Of a DNA stretch of 64,000 nucleotides, positions 37,501 to 47,375 are shown piece by piece. The stretch lies in the IMG/VR virus record IMGVR_UViG_3300028024_000008, positions 89-64,088 of that record, one strand, 5' to 3'. This DNA is from a virus. The position numbers and the translations under genes were made by a program. The notes under the pieces are model-generated. The model was not told the DNA's origin, did no database searches, and saw only the letters and a list, made by a program, of their open reading frames with translations. Within the stretch, counting starts at the first letter, position 1. Each line of letters opens with the position of its first letter.

Positions 37501-38106
37501 GGCGGCAATGCCTTCCAGTCGCTGCAGAACGTCGGCAACGCGGTCCTGTCCGAGCTTTTCCAGGAAGCGCTCAAGCTGTCGGTCGTCAACCCGCTGAAAA
37601 ACTGGATGAACGGCGACAACGCACTGCCGACCTGGGATGCCGTCATGAATCGCGTGACACAGGGCAGCGGGTCAGGCCCCAGCGGCATGACCGCCAGCCA
37701 GGGCCGCATCGGCAGCGTGTCCGGAGCGGGTGATAGCGGCGGCTGGCTGTCCGGTATCGGCTCCTGGATTGGTTCGTTCTTCGCCGATGGTGGCGTCATG
37801 ACCTCGCGCGGCCGCCTGCCGCTCCGCGCCTATTCCACCGGCGGCGTCACATCGACGCCGCAGCTCGCCATGTTCGGCGAAGGCTCGACCCCGGAAGCCT
37901 ATGTCCCGGTTCCGTCCGGCCGCATCCCGGTCGAGATCCGCAACTTCCAGCCGGCGCAGGCCGCGAACAGCAACAGCGAGCGCCAGCTCGTTGTTCATTT
38001 CAACTTCCAGACCGCGGCCGCCGTGGACGCCTTCAACCGCAGCCCGTCTCAGCATGCCTATAAGGCTGCCCGCGCCCTGCAATCCTCTCTCGCAAGGAAC
38101 GGCTGA
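34522..38106 (+). CDS. Tape measure protein (lambda-type)
   Basis: 1194 aa, A/Q-rich helical; GISPLRMLQTEAPQV motif; C-term FADGGV...GEGSTPEAYVP. Confidence 0.92.
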   Translation: MADTYQKIYQVVIDASKARTGGAELVNAINQIIQAGGQAQTATASLSRLSDQVDAIARRVTPGLRDSQAYAASLARIGQLAEASGKPLSDYADLIDLVTLKYDASARAAKVFQDANSAAIASLSQVNLAQLAEQQANQYQSLLNDRIQLAGSNRVSQTSGSTEAPFAAVPTANNTALAALLKQQEEEEQQQAAAQARLQAFTAKYEPLTAATQRYTAAVAELKAMRSADEISEERYTAALKIEQTALDAVTAAQARAAKGGGSLFGLNNIGRMELQASAINFVQGISAGISPLRMLQTEAPQVFGAFIQGGLKVSASMIGMGAAITGAALVVGGIGYAFEAGSKQANAFNQAMRLTADSSGMTSTRLEQIIASAQKFSDIGALSARSVATEMTASGKLSADVIERLTGLTEDYARATGQTAEKAGTELTKLFSDPKQGMQQLDDQYNLLDQQQRRYIEQLIAQGDRTGAQIALSDALAGRIHNVADNVGYLGQVLKEGGRLWQDFWNAADNIGRPETTGQKLDDLDAKIKKLQADRDAQSHALLGQFLPFSGQNRLQDLINQRSIVQAQQAAEEQKAQSDAAAAQFKTLTKNVGDAAEKYDTFTTKQKALTLEVSNYANALRQLYAVAPHAGPQGAASSARDQAILDAQTAQRFAAAELAAMRTPQDEAIARSNIDKQVAAAGPIARAALQARLTAEDAARHNVQILAQPNAEDLIKQQGSLAAENAIRQQTTAVRDQNAQLDLNARLTLATGEAWMKSATEGAMAAARQQAAVEALTQPINVGARTLQILNQQVNEAVTAGAQQVRSLDDQVAAQQRLAAAAKDGPLAEHQAEVTNQIAAATKDLNDKLQLAFATKNTKAAADLQAEIAGIAQRTRDADAAAKEYANNHWLTNAVTDQGYQKQLLQVQLANVGANDNQQQRALAIAQAQIDLVKQHIDLQSEQAKNYVQGAADLADYNAELTRQKAIASELPNAFDQAFDRIGQAVTQFAVQGGNAFQSLQNVGNAVLSELFQEALKLSVVNPLKNWMNGDNALPTWDAVMNRVTQGSGSGPSGMTASQGRIGSVSGAGDSGGWLSGIGSWIGSFFADGGVMTSRGRLPLRAYSTGGVTSTPQLAMFGEGSTPEAYVPVPSGRIPVEIRNFQPAQAANSNSERQLVVHFNFQTAAAVDAFNRSPSQHAYKAARALQSSLARNG

Positions 38107-38726
38107 TGTCGGGGTTCGATGAGATCCGCATGCCGGCGAACCTGGCGGCCGGCGCCGTCGGCGGCCCCGGCTTCAGCACGACCGTGTTTCCGCTGAATTC
38201 CGGTTTCGAGAAGCGCAACCAGAATTGGGCGAAGTCGCGGTATCGCTGGACGCTGACCCACTGGATGAAAAGTGACGCCGACATCCTGGCGATGATCACG
38301 TTCTTCCAGCGGCGCGCCGGCAAGGCGAACGGCTTCCGTTTCCAGGATCTCGCCGATTATCAGGTCACCGCCTATCAGCAGTTCGCGACCGGTGATGGCG
38401 CCGCGACACAATTTCAGCTCAACAAGACCTATACCGATGCTCTCGGCTCCTATCAGCGCATCATCAAGAAGCCGGTCACCGGGACGCTCAGCATCAAGGC
38501 CGGCAGCTCGGTCATCACCGAAGGCGTCGGCTCCAGCCATTTCACCTGCGACTATACCACCGGCATCGTCACCATCGGCACGGCGCCGGCCTTGTCGACG
38601 GCGATCTATTGGACCGGCCAGTTCGATGTTCCGGTCCGGTTCGATACCGACCAGCTGGATATCAATTTCCATCTGTTGCGGATCGGTTCCGCCGAAGGCC
38701 TCGACATCGTGGAGCTGCGTCTGTGA
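38106..38726 (+). CDS. Distal tail protein (DUF2460, GTA-like)
   Basis: GGPGFST, GFEKRNQNW, GFRFQD and FDVPVRFDTD. Confidence 0.9.
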   Translation: MSGFDEIRMPANLAAGAVGGPGFSTTVFPLNSGFEKRNQNWAKSRYRWTLTHWMKSDADILAMITFFQRRAGKANGFRFQDLADYQVTAYQQFATGDGAATQFQLNKTYTDALGSYQRIIKKPVTGTLSIKAGSSVITEGVGSSHFTCDYTTGIVTIGTAPALSTAIYWTGQFDVPVRFDTDQLDINFHLLRIGSAEGLDIVELRL

Positions 38727-39838
38727 AGGCGACCACGGCGCCGATGGATACACATCTGGCCGGCGATCTCACCAAGATGACGCTGTGCTGTCAGGTCACC
38801 CGCAGGGACAACCAGGTCTTCCGCATGACGACGCATGATCAGGACGTCGAATATCCGGCCGGATCGGGCGTCATCTATTCATCGTCCTTCGGATCGATCC
38901 CGAACGCCGTCGATATCAGCACCGATTACTCGGTGGCGACCCAGAACTATTTCGGCTTCTGGGATGACGCCGAGGTCTCCGAAACCGACATGATCGTCGG
39001 CAAGTTCAACGGCGCCGATGTCCGGATCTTCCTGCTCAATTGGTCGGACACCTCGGCGACGATGGGGCAGATCAAGGAATTTCGCGGCAATTTCGGCCAG
39101 GCGTCGCTGACCAAACAAGGCTTCTTCCAGATCGAGCTCCGCTCGATGATGCAGAAGCTGCAGCAATTGCTCGGCAGCTATTACAGCCAGACCTGCCAGC
39201 ACAGCCTCGGCGACAGCAAGTGCCGGGTGCCGATCAAGCCGGACGACATCCTGCGCGATACCGATTATGTGCTCGGGCAGATCGTCAAGGTGCCGGATAT
39301 TGTGCCGGCGCCGGACAGCAGCGCCTATCATGACAGGATCTTCACCTGCACGACGCCGGGTCATACCGATGTCGTCGCGCCGCCCTATGACTATACCGTC
39401 GGCAATATGACGACCGACGGCACCGCCGTCTTCACCGCATCGGAAGCCTGGACCCGCGCCGGCACCGTGGCCGCCGGCACCCAGACGACCGCCGGCGACA
39501 AGCACAAATTCAATGTGACATTGACAGAGGCCCGCGCCGTCGATGGCTGGTTCGCGGCCGGGGCGTTGACCTGGGAGACCGGCAACAACGCCGATCTGCC
39601 GCCGATCGAAGTGAAAGGCTGGACGCAGACCGGCGCCATCATGCAGCTGCGCTACGCGACCCCGTTTGCCCCGCAGCCGGGTGACAAGTTCCGGGTCTAC
39701 AAGGGCTGCAACCTATTTCTCTCCGGGTGCAAGGGCTTCAACAACGTCATCAACCGCCTGGGGTTCGACAACATCCCCGGCGAAATCGCGATTCTCGGCT
39801 ACGGCATCGGTGACGGCAATGTCAGTGTCGGGACCTGA
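38723..39838 (+). CDS. Baseplate hub protein (DUF2163, GTA-like)
   Basis: TTHDQDV, CQHSLGDSKC, GWFAAGALTW and GCN...C...FNNVINRLGF; GTG start overlapping the upstream stop. Confidence 0.88.
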   Translation: MKATTAPMDTHLAGDLTKMTLCCQVTRRDNQVFRMTTHDQDVEYPAGSGVIYSSSFGSIPNAVDISTDYSVATQNYFGFWDDAEVSETDMIVGKFNGADVRIFLLNWSDTSATMGQIKEFRGNFGQASLTKQGFFQIELRSMMQKLQQLLGSYYSQTCQHSLGDSKCRVPIKPDDILRDTDYVLGQIVKVPDIVPAPDSSAYHDRIFTCTTPGHTDVVAPPYDYTVGNMTTDGTAVFTASEAWTRAGTVAAGTQTTAGDKHKFNVTLTEARAVDGWFAAGALTWETGNNADLPPIEVKGWTQTGAIMQLRYATPFAPQPGDKFRVYKGCNLFLSGCKGFNNVINRLGFDNIPGEIAILGYGIGDGNVSVGT

Positions 39839-40247
39839 GATCGCCGCCGCCGCCCGCAAATGGCTGGGCGTCAAATGGCGCCATCAGGGCAGGTCGGAAC
39901 GGGGCGTCGATTGCATCGGCATCGGCGCCTGTGTCGCCGCCGATCTCGGCTTCAAGATCGCAGACCGCACGAATTACGGCCGGGAGCCGATACCGGCCGA
40001 GATCGTCGCGGCCTTTCGCGCCAATGGCTTCAAAGAAGTCATTCCGAGGACCGCGCGGCAGATCGGCGACGTCCTCGTCTTTCGTGATGGCCGACATATC
40101 CGGCATGTCGGCATCCAGTCGGAGAAGCATGATGTCCCGCATTTGATCCATGCAACGGCCGGCCTCCGCCAGGTCGTCGAGGAACCGCTGACGCCGGATT
40201 GGATGGGGAAGCTGGTCTATGTCTTCAGGTTCCCCGGGGTCGATTGA
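39819..40247 (+). CDS. NlpC/P60 tail-associated peptidase
   Basis: ARKWLGVKWRHQGRSERGVDCIG and HVGI...LIHA. Confidence 0.9.
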   Translation: MSVSGPEIAAAARKWLGVKWRHQGRSERGVDCIGIGACVAADLGFKIADRTNYGREPIPAEIVAAFRANGFKEVIPRTARQIGDVLVFRDGRHIRHVGIQSEKHDVPHLIHATAGLRQVVEEPLTPDWMGKLVYVFRFPGVD

Positions 40248-40250
40248 AAT

Positions 40251-43200
40251 ATGGCACGTACCGCGATCGTCACCGGCGCCGGGCTGCTTGGCGCCGCGAT
40301 CGGCTCTGAGTTCGGGAGTCCAGGTCTCGGCTTCGCGCTGGGCAGCGCCGCCGGCTCAGTTGTTGCCAGTTTCGCCGTGCCGAGCGGGTCGCCGACAAAG
40401 GGTCCGCGCCTCACCGATCTCAAGGTTACGTCCTCGGCCTATGGCGCCTTCATTCCGATTGGCTACGGAACCGTCATTGTCGGCGGCAACATCATCTGGT
40501 CGACCGATCTCAAGGAACATAAGAAAAAGAGCAAGAGTGGCAAGGGCAGCAGCGATACCGCCAGCACGGTAATCAACTTCTATTACACCGCTTCTTTCGC
40601 CCTCGGTCTCGCCTATGGTCCGGCCGAGGATGTGCTTCGCATCTGGTTCGACGACAAGCTCTATTTCGATAAGACCGGCACCGGTCCTGTCATCAGGAAG
40701 GGCGGCTTAAGCTTCCGCTTCTATCCGGGCGATGACAGCCAATTGCCGGACCCGTCGATCGTCGCGGCGCTCGGTGAAGAGAATACGCCGGCCTGGCGGG
40801 GGCTTGCTTACATCGTCTTCGATGAACTCGATCTGAGCCCATTCGCCAACCGGATCCCCTCGATCAAGGTCGAACTCACCTACAATGCGATCCCGACTTT
40901 TCCCTATACGCCACTGACAATTCCTTCGGGTGCGCCGGCGCCGGTAGGAAATTTTCTCGCTGTGGATATCAACCGCAACGTTGCCTACACGATGTCCTCT
41001 GGCGGCGGTTATCTGGAGCGCATCAACCTCGATACGATGATGCTGGATTTCTGGAAAGATTCCAACGTCGTCAATTTCATTGGAAATGGCTTCGCAAAGG
41101 CAACATTGGGTATCGGCCTCGATGGCTATGTTTATGGCTCGGATGGTACGGCGTCGAATGACACCCCACTATTAAAAGTCAACCCCGAGACGCTGACGGA
41201 AATCTTTGAGGCCCGTTACGGTGAAGACGCCGCTTTTGACGGCTATCCCGCGAATGTTACAGGTACAGCGCATGATATCGCCTCGGTCCAGAATTTCGGC
41301 GTCAATGCTGTAAATACCTATGCGATTGTCATCAGCCAGTTCGCGGCGACCGGATATGTCGGCGTCTTTACCGTCAATGGCGGCCCATCCACTGCCGAGG
41401 ACATCACCGCTGGCTCCCTGCCGATCTCGTTGGCGGGCTGGTCACAAGGCACACCGGGCGAAGGTCCTGCGTCCTATATGGTTGGGGCGACTGACCTCTC
41501 CAGTGTTGGTGCGATCGATACCGTCGAATCCTGGGCCTATGCCTATGGCATGCTGGACAATGGCAAAATCGTCAGGGTCATCATCGCCGGCTATCCGCTG
41601 TTTCAGGATACAGAAGGTGGTGGTACTGAGGCCTTGGCGAAAGGCTGCGCGATCGATTATTTCGATCCGCTTGAACTGGACGACCTCTCCGTCGCCATCG
41701 GGAAATCCGCCGGATACTATTTTGCCTATAACAACATCGGCACCGGCTGGTGGGATCAGACCGATGATACAATCATCTTTACCTGCCGGTTGAACAAGTC
41801 GGTCGGCGGTTCCGATGTCCTGCTCGTGAAATATCGGCCGGATAAGCAGAATCTTCTCGACCCGATCAATACCGTTGTTTGGGCAATGATCGTACCCAGT
41901 GACCTGTTCACCGGGTCGACCCATGGGACAAAGCTGATCGGCAACCGCCTCGCTTACATGCTGGGGAGCACGGTCTATCAGTTCGATACCAATACCGGCG
42001 CGATGACAACCCAGGTCTGGCCGATCGCTGCGACCGATGGCAGCTTTCCACAGGTCTATGATACCGATTCCGACAGTCTTCTCGTCTTCATCACCGGACA
42101 CAATTGGACCCGGATTTATCTCAACCGCGGCACCGGTGACGGTACGACGGATGGCACCATTGTCGCCGATCTCTGCAGCCGCGTCGGTTACGGCCCAGGT
42201 GACATCGATGTCTCGCAGCTGACAGATCCGGTATACGGCTTCCTGGTCAGCAACCAGTCGGCGATAAAGGACAATATCCTGGCGCTCGGCCAGGCGTTCT
42301 TTTTTGATGCCGTCGAGAGCGATTACAAGATCAAGTTTGTGAAGCGCGGCGGATCGTCAGTCGTGACGATCCCGCAAGACGACATGATGTGGCTTGGTAA
42401 CAATGGTTCCGACAAAAATCCGCAGTTCATGTCGGATGATGACACGCAGGACGTCGATCTGCCGTTTGCCGTTTCCGTCGCGTTCCTGAACAAGGATCAG
42501 CAGGATCAGCAAGGCAGCATGGAATATCGCCGCATCGACGCGCCGGACGCGACGATGGGCTCGCAGAACCGGACAACGGCGCAGCTGCCGATCGTGATGA
42601 CCGGGACCGATGCCTTGAAGATCGCGGAACAGGCGCTCGATGCCGCCTGGGGCAGCCGGCGTCGCTACGGCCATATGCTGCCGCCGAAATATCTGAAATA
42701 TGACGGCACCGATGTCGTCACCTTCTCCTATTCGGACGCAACATCGACCCTGGCTCGGATCATTCAGCTCGGCACCGGTGCCGATTTCTCGCTTGATGTC
42801 ACCAGCGCTTCCGAAGACCCGACCGTTTATGGCGGCACGCTTGTCGCCGACAATGCGAACTACCCGGCGCAGGTCATCGCCGGGCCTGCGGTCGGCAAGC
42901 TGTTCGTCCTCAATATCCCGCTGCCACGCGATGTGGACGATACCGGTGGCGTTGGATCACGGGTCTATCTGGCGACCTCCGGGTATGGCGCCGCAACGAA
43001 CCCAGGCCGTGTCATCATGCGGAGCTATGATCAAGGCGTCACCTGGGACGAAGTGACCCGGACCTATCTCGATGCGACCTGGGGCAGCTGCATCACGGCG
43101 CTTCCCGACACGACACATCCATTCGCCTGGAACGATGATTATAGCCTCACGATCCAACTGACCGATCCCGGCAACGAAGCCCTGGCGAGCGTCACGGACG

Positions 43201-44534
43201 ATCAGGTTTATGCTGGCAGCAACGTCGCCGCCATCATCAAATCCAACGGTGAGGCCGAGATCATCCAATTCGGCACTGTCACCGTGAACACGGATGGCAG
43301 CTACACGCTGTCGCATTTCCTGCGCGGCCGGCGCGGGACCGAAGTCAATACGGCCGGCCATGCGATCGGCGACTATTTCCTGCTGCTTGATGCGAATGAG
43401 ATGACGTCGGTCGTCGTGCCGCTGAACGACATCGGTCGGTCCGTCATGTGGAAAGTCGTGACGGCCGGCCAGGTGGCGGCCGATGTGGACGGATTCACAC
43501 GGATCACGACAGGAGCCGACCTTAAGCCTTACGCCGTCGATCATATCGCCGTCGCCGCATCCGGGTCGGACCTCAATCTCACCTGGGTACGCCGCACCCG
43601 TCTCGGCGGCGGCCTCTTCGACGGCACCGGCACAGTGCCGCTGTCGGAGACCTCGGAAGCTTATGAGATAGATATTCTCTCCGGCCCGGGCGGCATCGTA
43701 AAGCGGACCCTATCTGGCCTGACATCGCCGGCGGCGACCTATACCGGCGCGCAGATCCTGGCGGATTTCGGCACATCCATCAGCAGCCTGACGCTGAAAA
43801 TCTATCAGCTGAGCGGCATCGTCGGGCGTGGCTTTGCCAAGGAAACGACACTTGCCGTTACCGGCCTGCCGAGCTTGTCGCCAACCGCTGTTCCAGCGAT
43901 TCCAACTGGTTTGGCATCTGCGTCTTCGGCGGGACAGAACGCGCTTAGCTGGAACGCGAATGTGTTGGGCGATTATGTCACCGCCTATCACCTCTATCGG
44001 GCCGCAGGAACCGGCGCCGCCTTCGCTGATGCTAGCCTGATCTGGTCAGGTAGTTCTAATTCCTATGTTGATGGCGGATTGTCGGTCGGCCAGAAGAACA
44101 CCTATTTTCTGACCGCGACAAACGCGATCGGGACGTCCTTAAATACGGCGGGTCTCGACACGACTGCCGGCGTCATCGTCAAGGATCTTCGGATCGTCGG
44201 CGGCACTCCTGGTGTCAAGCCAACGGGCCTGCAAGAACTCCTGTTGATGGTGATGCTCTCCGGCGATGCGTTGCCGAAGGACCTCATCCATAACGGCGTC
44301 AATAGCAAGATCAGCTGCGAAGTCGCGCCGACCGCCAATTACACGATCACGCTGAAGAAGAATGGTTCGACCATCGGAACCGGCACGATATTGGCTGGTC
44401 ACACGACCGGGACATGGACGTTTACCTCGGCCGTCACTTTCGCCGATGGCGATCTCTTCACCATCACGGCGCCGGCATCTGACGCGACCATGTCCGGTCT
44501 CGCTTTGACGATCCTCGGCTCCCGCACGACCTGA
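40251..44534 (+). CDS. Central tail/host-specificity protein (GTA megatron-like) with FN3-like C-terminus
   Basis: GPRLTDLKVTSSAYGAFIP, PAWRGLAYIVF, LRGRRGTE and LTWVRRTR. Confidence 0.88.
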   Translation: MARTAIVTGAGLLGAAIGSEFGSPGLGFALGSAAGSVVASFAVPSGSPTKGPRLTDLKVTSSAYGAFIPIGYGTVIVGGNIIWSTDLKEHKKKSKSGKGSSDTASTVINFYYTASFALGLAYGPAEDVLRIWFDDKLYFDKTGTGPVIRKGGLSFRFYPGDDSQLPDPSIVAALGEENTPAWRGLAYIVFDELDLSPFANRIPSIKVELTYNAIPTFPYTPLTIPSGAPAPVGNFLAVDINRNVAYTMSSGGGYLERINLDTMMLDFWKDSNVVNFIGNGFAKATLGIGLDGYVYGSDGTASNDTPLLKVNPETLTEIFEARYGEDAAFDGYPANVTGTAHDIASVQNFGVNAVNTYAIVISQFAATGYVGVFTVNGGPSTAEDITAGSLPISLAGWSQGTPGEGPASYMVGATDLSSVGAIDTVESWAYAYGMLDNGKIVRVIIAGYPLFQDTEGGGTEALAKGCAIDYFDPLELDDLSVAIGKSAGYYFAYNNIGTGWWDQTDDTIIFTCRLNKSVGGSDVLLVKYRPDKQNLLDPINTVVWAMIVPSDLFTGSTHGTKLIGNRLAYMLGSTVYQFDTNTGAMTTQVWPIAATDGSFPQVYDTDSDSLLVFITGHNWTRIYLNRGTGDGTTDGTIVADLCSRVGYGPGDIDVSQLTDPVYGFLVSNQSAIKDNILALGQAFFFDAVESDYKIKFVKRGGSSVVTIPQDDMMWLGNNGSDKNPQFMSDDDTQDVDLPFAVSVAFLNKDQQDQQGSMEYRRIDAPDATMGSQNRTTAQLPIVMTGTDALKIAEQALDAAWGSRRRYGHMLPPKYLKYDGTDVVTFSYSDATSTLARIIQLGTGADFSLDVTSASEDPTVYGGTLVADNANYPAQVIAGPAVGKLFVLNIPLPRDVDDTGGVGSRVYLATSGYGAATNPGRVIMRSYDQGVTWDEVTRTYLDATWGSCITALPDTTHPFAWNDDYSLTIQLTDPGNEALASVTDDQVYAGSNVAAIIKSNGEAEIIQFGTVTVNTDGSYTLSHFLRGRRGTEVNTAGHAIGDYFLLLDANEMTSVVVPLNDIGRSVMWKVVTAGQVAADVDGFTRITTGADLKPYAVDHIAVAASGSDLNLTWVRRTRLGGGLFDGTGTVPLSETSEAYEIDILSGPGGIVKRTLSGLTSPAATYTGAQILADFGTSISSLTLKIYQLSGIVGRGFAKETTLAVTGLPSLSPTAVPAIPTGLASASSAGQNALSWNANVLGDYVTAYHLYRAAGTGAAFADASLIWSGSSNSYVDGGLSVGQKNTYFLTATNAIGTSLNTAGLDTTAGVIVKDLRIVGGTPGVKPTGLQELLLMVMLSGDALPKDLIHNGVNSKISCEVAPTANYTITLKKNGSTIGTGTILAGHTTGTWTFTSAVTFADGDLFTITAPASDATMSGLALTILGSRTT

Positions 44535-44581
44535 ACCATCTCACATCGGCGCGAGAAGCGCCGCCGAAAGGCCTTAACGCG

Positions 44582-46102
44582 ATGGCACTCATCATCCGCG
44601 ATAGTTTCGCGCCATATGCTTCTATCACTGATGCCGGCCTGTCTTATTGGGACGTAGTAAATTCATCCCTCACCTTGTCATCGGCGACAACGCGGTTCGG
44701 TGAGGGGCAGTCTATACGTTCCGCCTCTGGTGGAACCGCTGGCGTCATGTTGCAAAAGGCGATGACATCGAACCAGCAGACGATCTTCGCTGCCTTCGCC
44801 TTCATCTGGAATGCAGCATTTTCCGGGACGAACGAGGTCATCGGCGTCCAATATCTCGATGGTGCGACGGCACAGGTAACTATCTGCCTTAGGTCAGACG
44901 GTGCCGTTGTAGTGCGGCGCGGCGGCAATGCCGGGACCGTGGTTCAGACCTTTACTGGTGTCTTTTCGGCAAACGCTTGGACGCATATCCAGATCAAGAC
45001 CGTGATCGACGGATCTGCTGGCGAGGTGCATATCCGGCTCAACGGCAATTCGTCGGACGACTTCGCGGCAACTGGGCTCAACATCAAATCCTCGGCGAAT
45101 AGTTATGGGAATGTTGTTGTCTTAAATCAGACCGTTCTGAATGGCACGACCAGCGTTGTCTTCTGCCAGCACCTCGCTTTCTTCGACAGTTCGGGAAGTG
45201 CCCCATGGAACAACTGGGTCGGTGATATCCGCGCCAATATCATCCGCCCCTCGGCCGATACAGCACAGAAGCAATTCGCCCCGAGCCCGGCGACTTCAAC
45301 CAACTTCGGCGAACAGACACAGGTCAGCACCAATACGCTAGCCATCACTGCCGGGCAGATCCGTGTTGCCAGGATCATCACGACTCCGGTCGGCGGCACG
45401 CTCGGCAAGGCAACGGCAAATTTCAACGCCGCGATGACCGGCAATGCCAAGATTGCTCTCTATGACAGCGATGGTGCCGCTGGTGTTCCCGGAACGCTCA
45501 TAGCAACGTCTAACCAGGTCACCAATCCCATCATCGGGACGAACGATTTCACGTTCTCATCGCCACCACTTCTCAGAATCGCGCATCAGTATTACCTCGC
45601 GATCCTCACGGATACGAACTGCACGTTGAAGGGCGCCACCGGCTCTTCAACGACCTATATCCAGACACAGGCTTATGCGTCAGGATTCCCGGCGACTATG
45701 ACGCCAGCCGGCAGTACCGCAACCGATCCTGTCCTGTTCGGCACGATCACGGCGACGAATTCCGGCTGCGTCCAGGAACTCACCGAAGACGGAACGACGA
45801 CCTATGTCTTCGACAGCACGGTCGGTCACTACGACCTCTATGATTTCGATGATCTCGCCGCCACCCCGGCCTCAATCCTGGGTCTTTCGCTGCGTGGTTT
45901 TGTCTCGAAATCGGACTCCGGTGCCAGGTCTGGTGCCCTCACCATGAAATCGGGGGCGACCAGCCAGGACAGCGCGACTGCTGTTCTGTCAACCACGATG
46001 TCAAATCTCGTGATGGTACAGGATACTGACCCGAATACCGGGGTGGCCTGGACCTCTGCCGCGATCAACGCCCTGCAGGCCGGACTTAAAGTCGCCGCCT
46101 GA
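44582..46102 (+). CDS. Putative tail fibre/receptor-binding protein with lectin-like beta-sandwich
   Basis: S/T/G-rich beta protein; WTHIQIK...IDGSAGEVHIRLNG; C-term DPNTGVAWT. Confidence 0.7.
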   Translation: MALIIRDSFAPYASITDAGLSYWDVVNSSLTLSSATTRFGEGQSIRSASGGTAGVMLQKAMTSNQQTIFAAFAFIWNAAFSGTNEVIGVQYLDGATAQVTICLRSDGAVVVRRGGNAGTVVQTFTGVFSANAWTHIQIKTVIDGSAGEVHIRLNGNSSDDFAATGLNIKSSANSYGNVVVLNQTVLNGTTSVVFCQHLAFFDSSGSAPWNNWVGDIRANIIRPSADTAQKQFAPSPATSTNFGEQTQVSTNTLAITAGQIRVARIITTPVGGTLGKATANFNAAMTGNAKIALYDSDGAAGVPGTLIATSNQVTNPIIGTNDFTFSSPPLLRIAHQYYLAILTDTNCTLKGATGSSTTYIQTQAYASGFPATMTPAGSTATDPVLFGTITATNSGCVQELTEDGTTTYVFDSTVGHYDLYDFDDLAATPASILGLSLRGFVSKSDSGARSGALTMKSGATSQDSATAVLSTTMSNLVMVQDTDPNTGVAWTSAAINALQAGLKVAA

Positions 46103-46353
46103 TGACCGACTTCCGCACAACTGAGATTTTTGCCGAGGTCTGGTCTCTCGCGACACCCGCATATCAGGCGACGGAGATCGTCGGTGAAGTCTGGTCGGTG
46201 ATGACGCCGGCTATGCAACTGACGGACTTCTTCATTGAGCTATGGGCCCCGACCGCGACGGCCGGAACACGGTATCAGGCCGGTTTCTTGGGGATCGAGG
46301 TCTGGACCATGACCGCAACAAACACCGCACCATTCTTCTTCGTGATCACATAG
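46102..46353 (+). CDS. Small protein with four internal E(V/L)W repeats
   Basis: TGATG coupling; repeats visible in the translation. Confidence 0.6.
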   Translation: MTDFRTTEIFAEVWSLATPAYQATEIVGEVWSVMTPAMQLTDFFIELWAPTATAGTRYQAGFLGIEVWTMTATNTAPFFFVIT

Positions 46354-46363
46354 GCAGGTCAGT

Positions 46364-47062
46364 ATGCCCATCTCATATAGTCCGATCCTGGCAATTCCCC
46401 ACGTATCCGAGTCTCAGAATGACAAGGAAGTGCCGATCAACGGCGGGATCGATCTTCTCGAAGCGGCGCTCTGCGATACGCTGGACGTCGACGTCACATC
46501 AGCCAACCAGACGGTTACCGATGACAACTATCGGCAGCATATGCGCTTCCGGATCATCGGTGCGACGACGGCTGGCCGGGCGGTGATCCTCGGCAATAAT
46601 CCGATCAAGCGCCTGGTCATTCTTCGATCGTCAGCATCGAATACGCAACCGGTCTTGATCGAGCGTGGCTCGACAACGATCACGCTCTACCCAGGGCAGA
46701 CGATATTCGTCTATACCAACGGCACGGCGAATGGTCTCGATCGCATGGACGTTCCGGGGAAGGTGATGCCGTATTCGGTCGCCGGCAATCATCTCATCCT
46801 GTCAGGCGACGCCGGCGCCTATATCTTCTGCACGGCCAGCACGCCGAGCGCGATGATTATCGCCTCGAACCAGGATTCGCCGATGGATATCGGCACGCGC
46901 ATCTGGTTCATGCAGAAGGGGACCGGCCAGATATCCCTCGCTGCCGGTACAGGCGTGACGATCCTGACAGCGCGCAGTCTGACATCGCGGGCGCAATATT
47001 CTGAAATCCGCATCACCAAGATCGATACCGATACATGGCTCGCCAGCGGCGACCTGACCTGA
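46364..47062 (+). CDS. DUF2793-like tail fibre protein
   Basis: SPILAIPHVSESQNDKEVPINGGIDLLE N-terminus; C-term KIDTDTWLASGDL. Confidence 0.7.
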   Translation: MPISYSPILAIPHVSESQNDKEVPINGGIDLLEAALCDTLDVDVTSANQTVTDDNYRQHMRFRIIGATTAGRAVILGNNPIKRLVILRSSASNTQPVLIERGSTTITLYPGQTIFVYTNGTANGLDRMDVPGKVMPYSVAGNHLILSGDAGAYIFCTASTPSAMIIASNQDSPMDIGTRIWFMQKGTGQISLAAGTGVTILTARSLTSRAQYSEIRITKIDTDTWLASGDLT

Positions 47063-47086
47063 TGCCTGCCAAATAGTCGCTCTCGG

Positions 47087-47108
47087 CCGCCGTCGGGCGG
47101 TTTTTTTA
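47087..47108 (+). terminator. Intrinsic terminator after the tail genes
   Basis: CCGCC-gtcg-GGCGG followed by T7. Confidence 0.7.
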
Positions 47109-47127
47109 TGCCTGGAGGGGAAAAAGA

Positions 47128-47361
47128 ATGGATCACCTGAGCATCAGGACCGAAGCAACCTTGGGGGCGGGTCTGATGACGACGCCCTTTTGGGTTTCGC
47201 TGCTGAACAACATCGGCTGGGTCGCCAGCATCATCGCCGCGGTGTGCGGCGCCATCGTCGGCATCCATGCCGTCTGGCGGATCTGGAGCAATCGCAAAAA
47301 GCCGGATACGACAGCGGCCAAAAAGGCCGACGAAGACGACCTCGATATTCTCGCTCCATGA
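47128..47361 (+). CDS. Small membrane protein (holin/antiholin candidate)
   Basis: GGAGGGG RBS; hydrophobic helices and charged tail. Confidence 0.6.
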   Translation: MDHLSIRTEATLGAGLMTTPFWVSLLNNIGWVASIIAAVCGAIVGIHAVWRIWSNRKKPDTTAAKKADEDDLDILAP

Positions 47362-47375
47362 ACAGGAGATCATCC

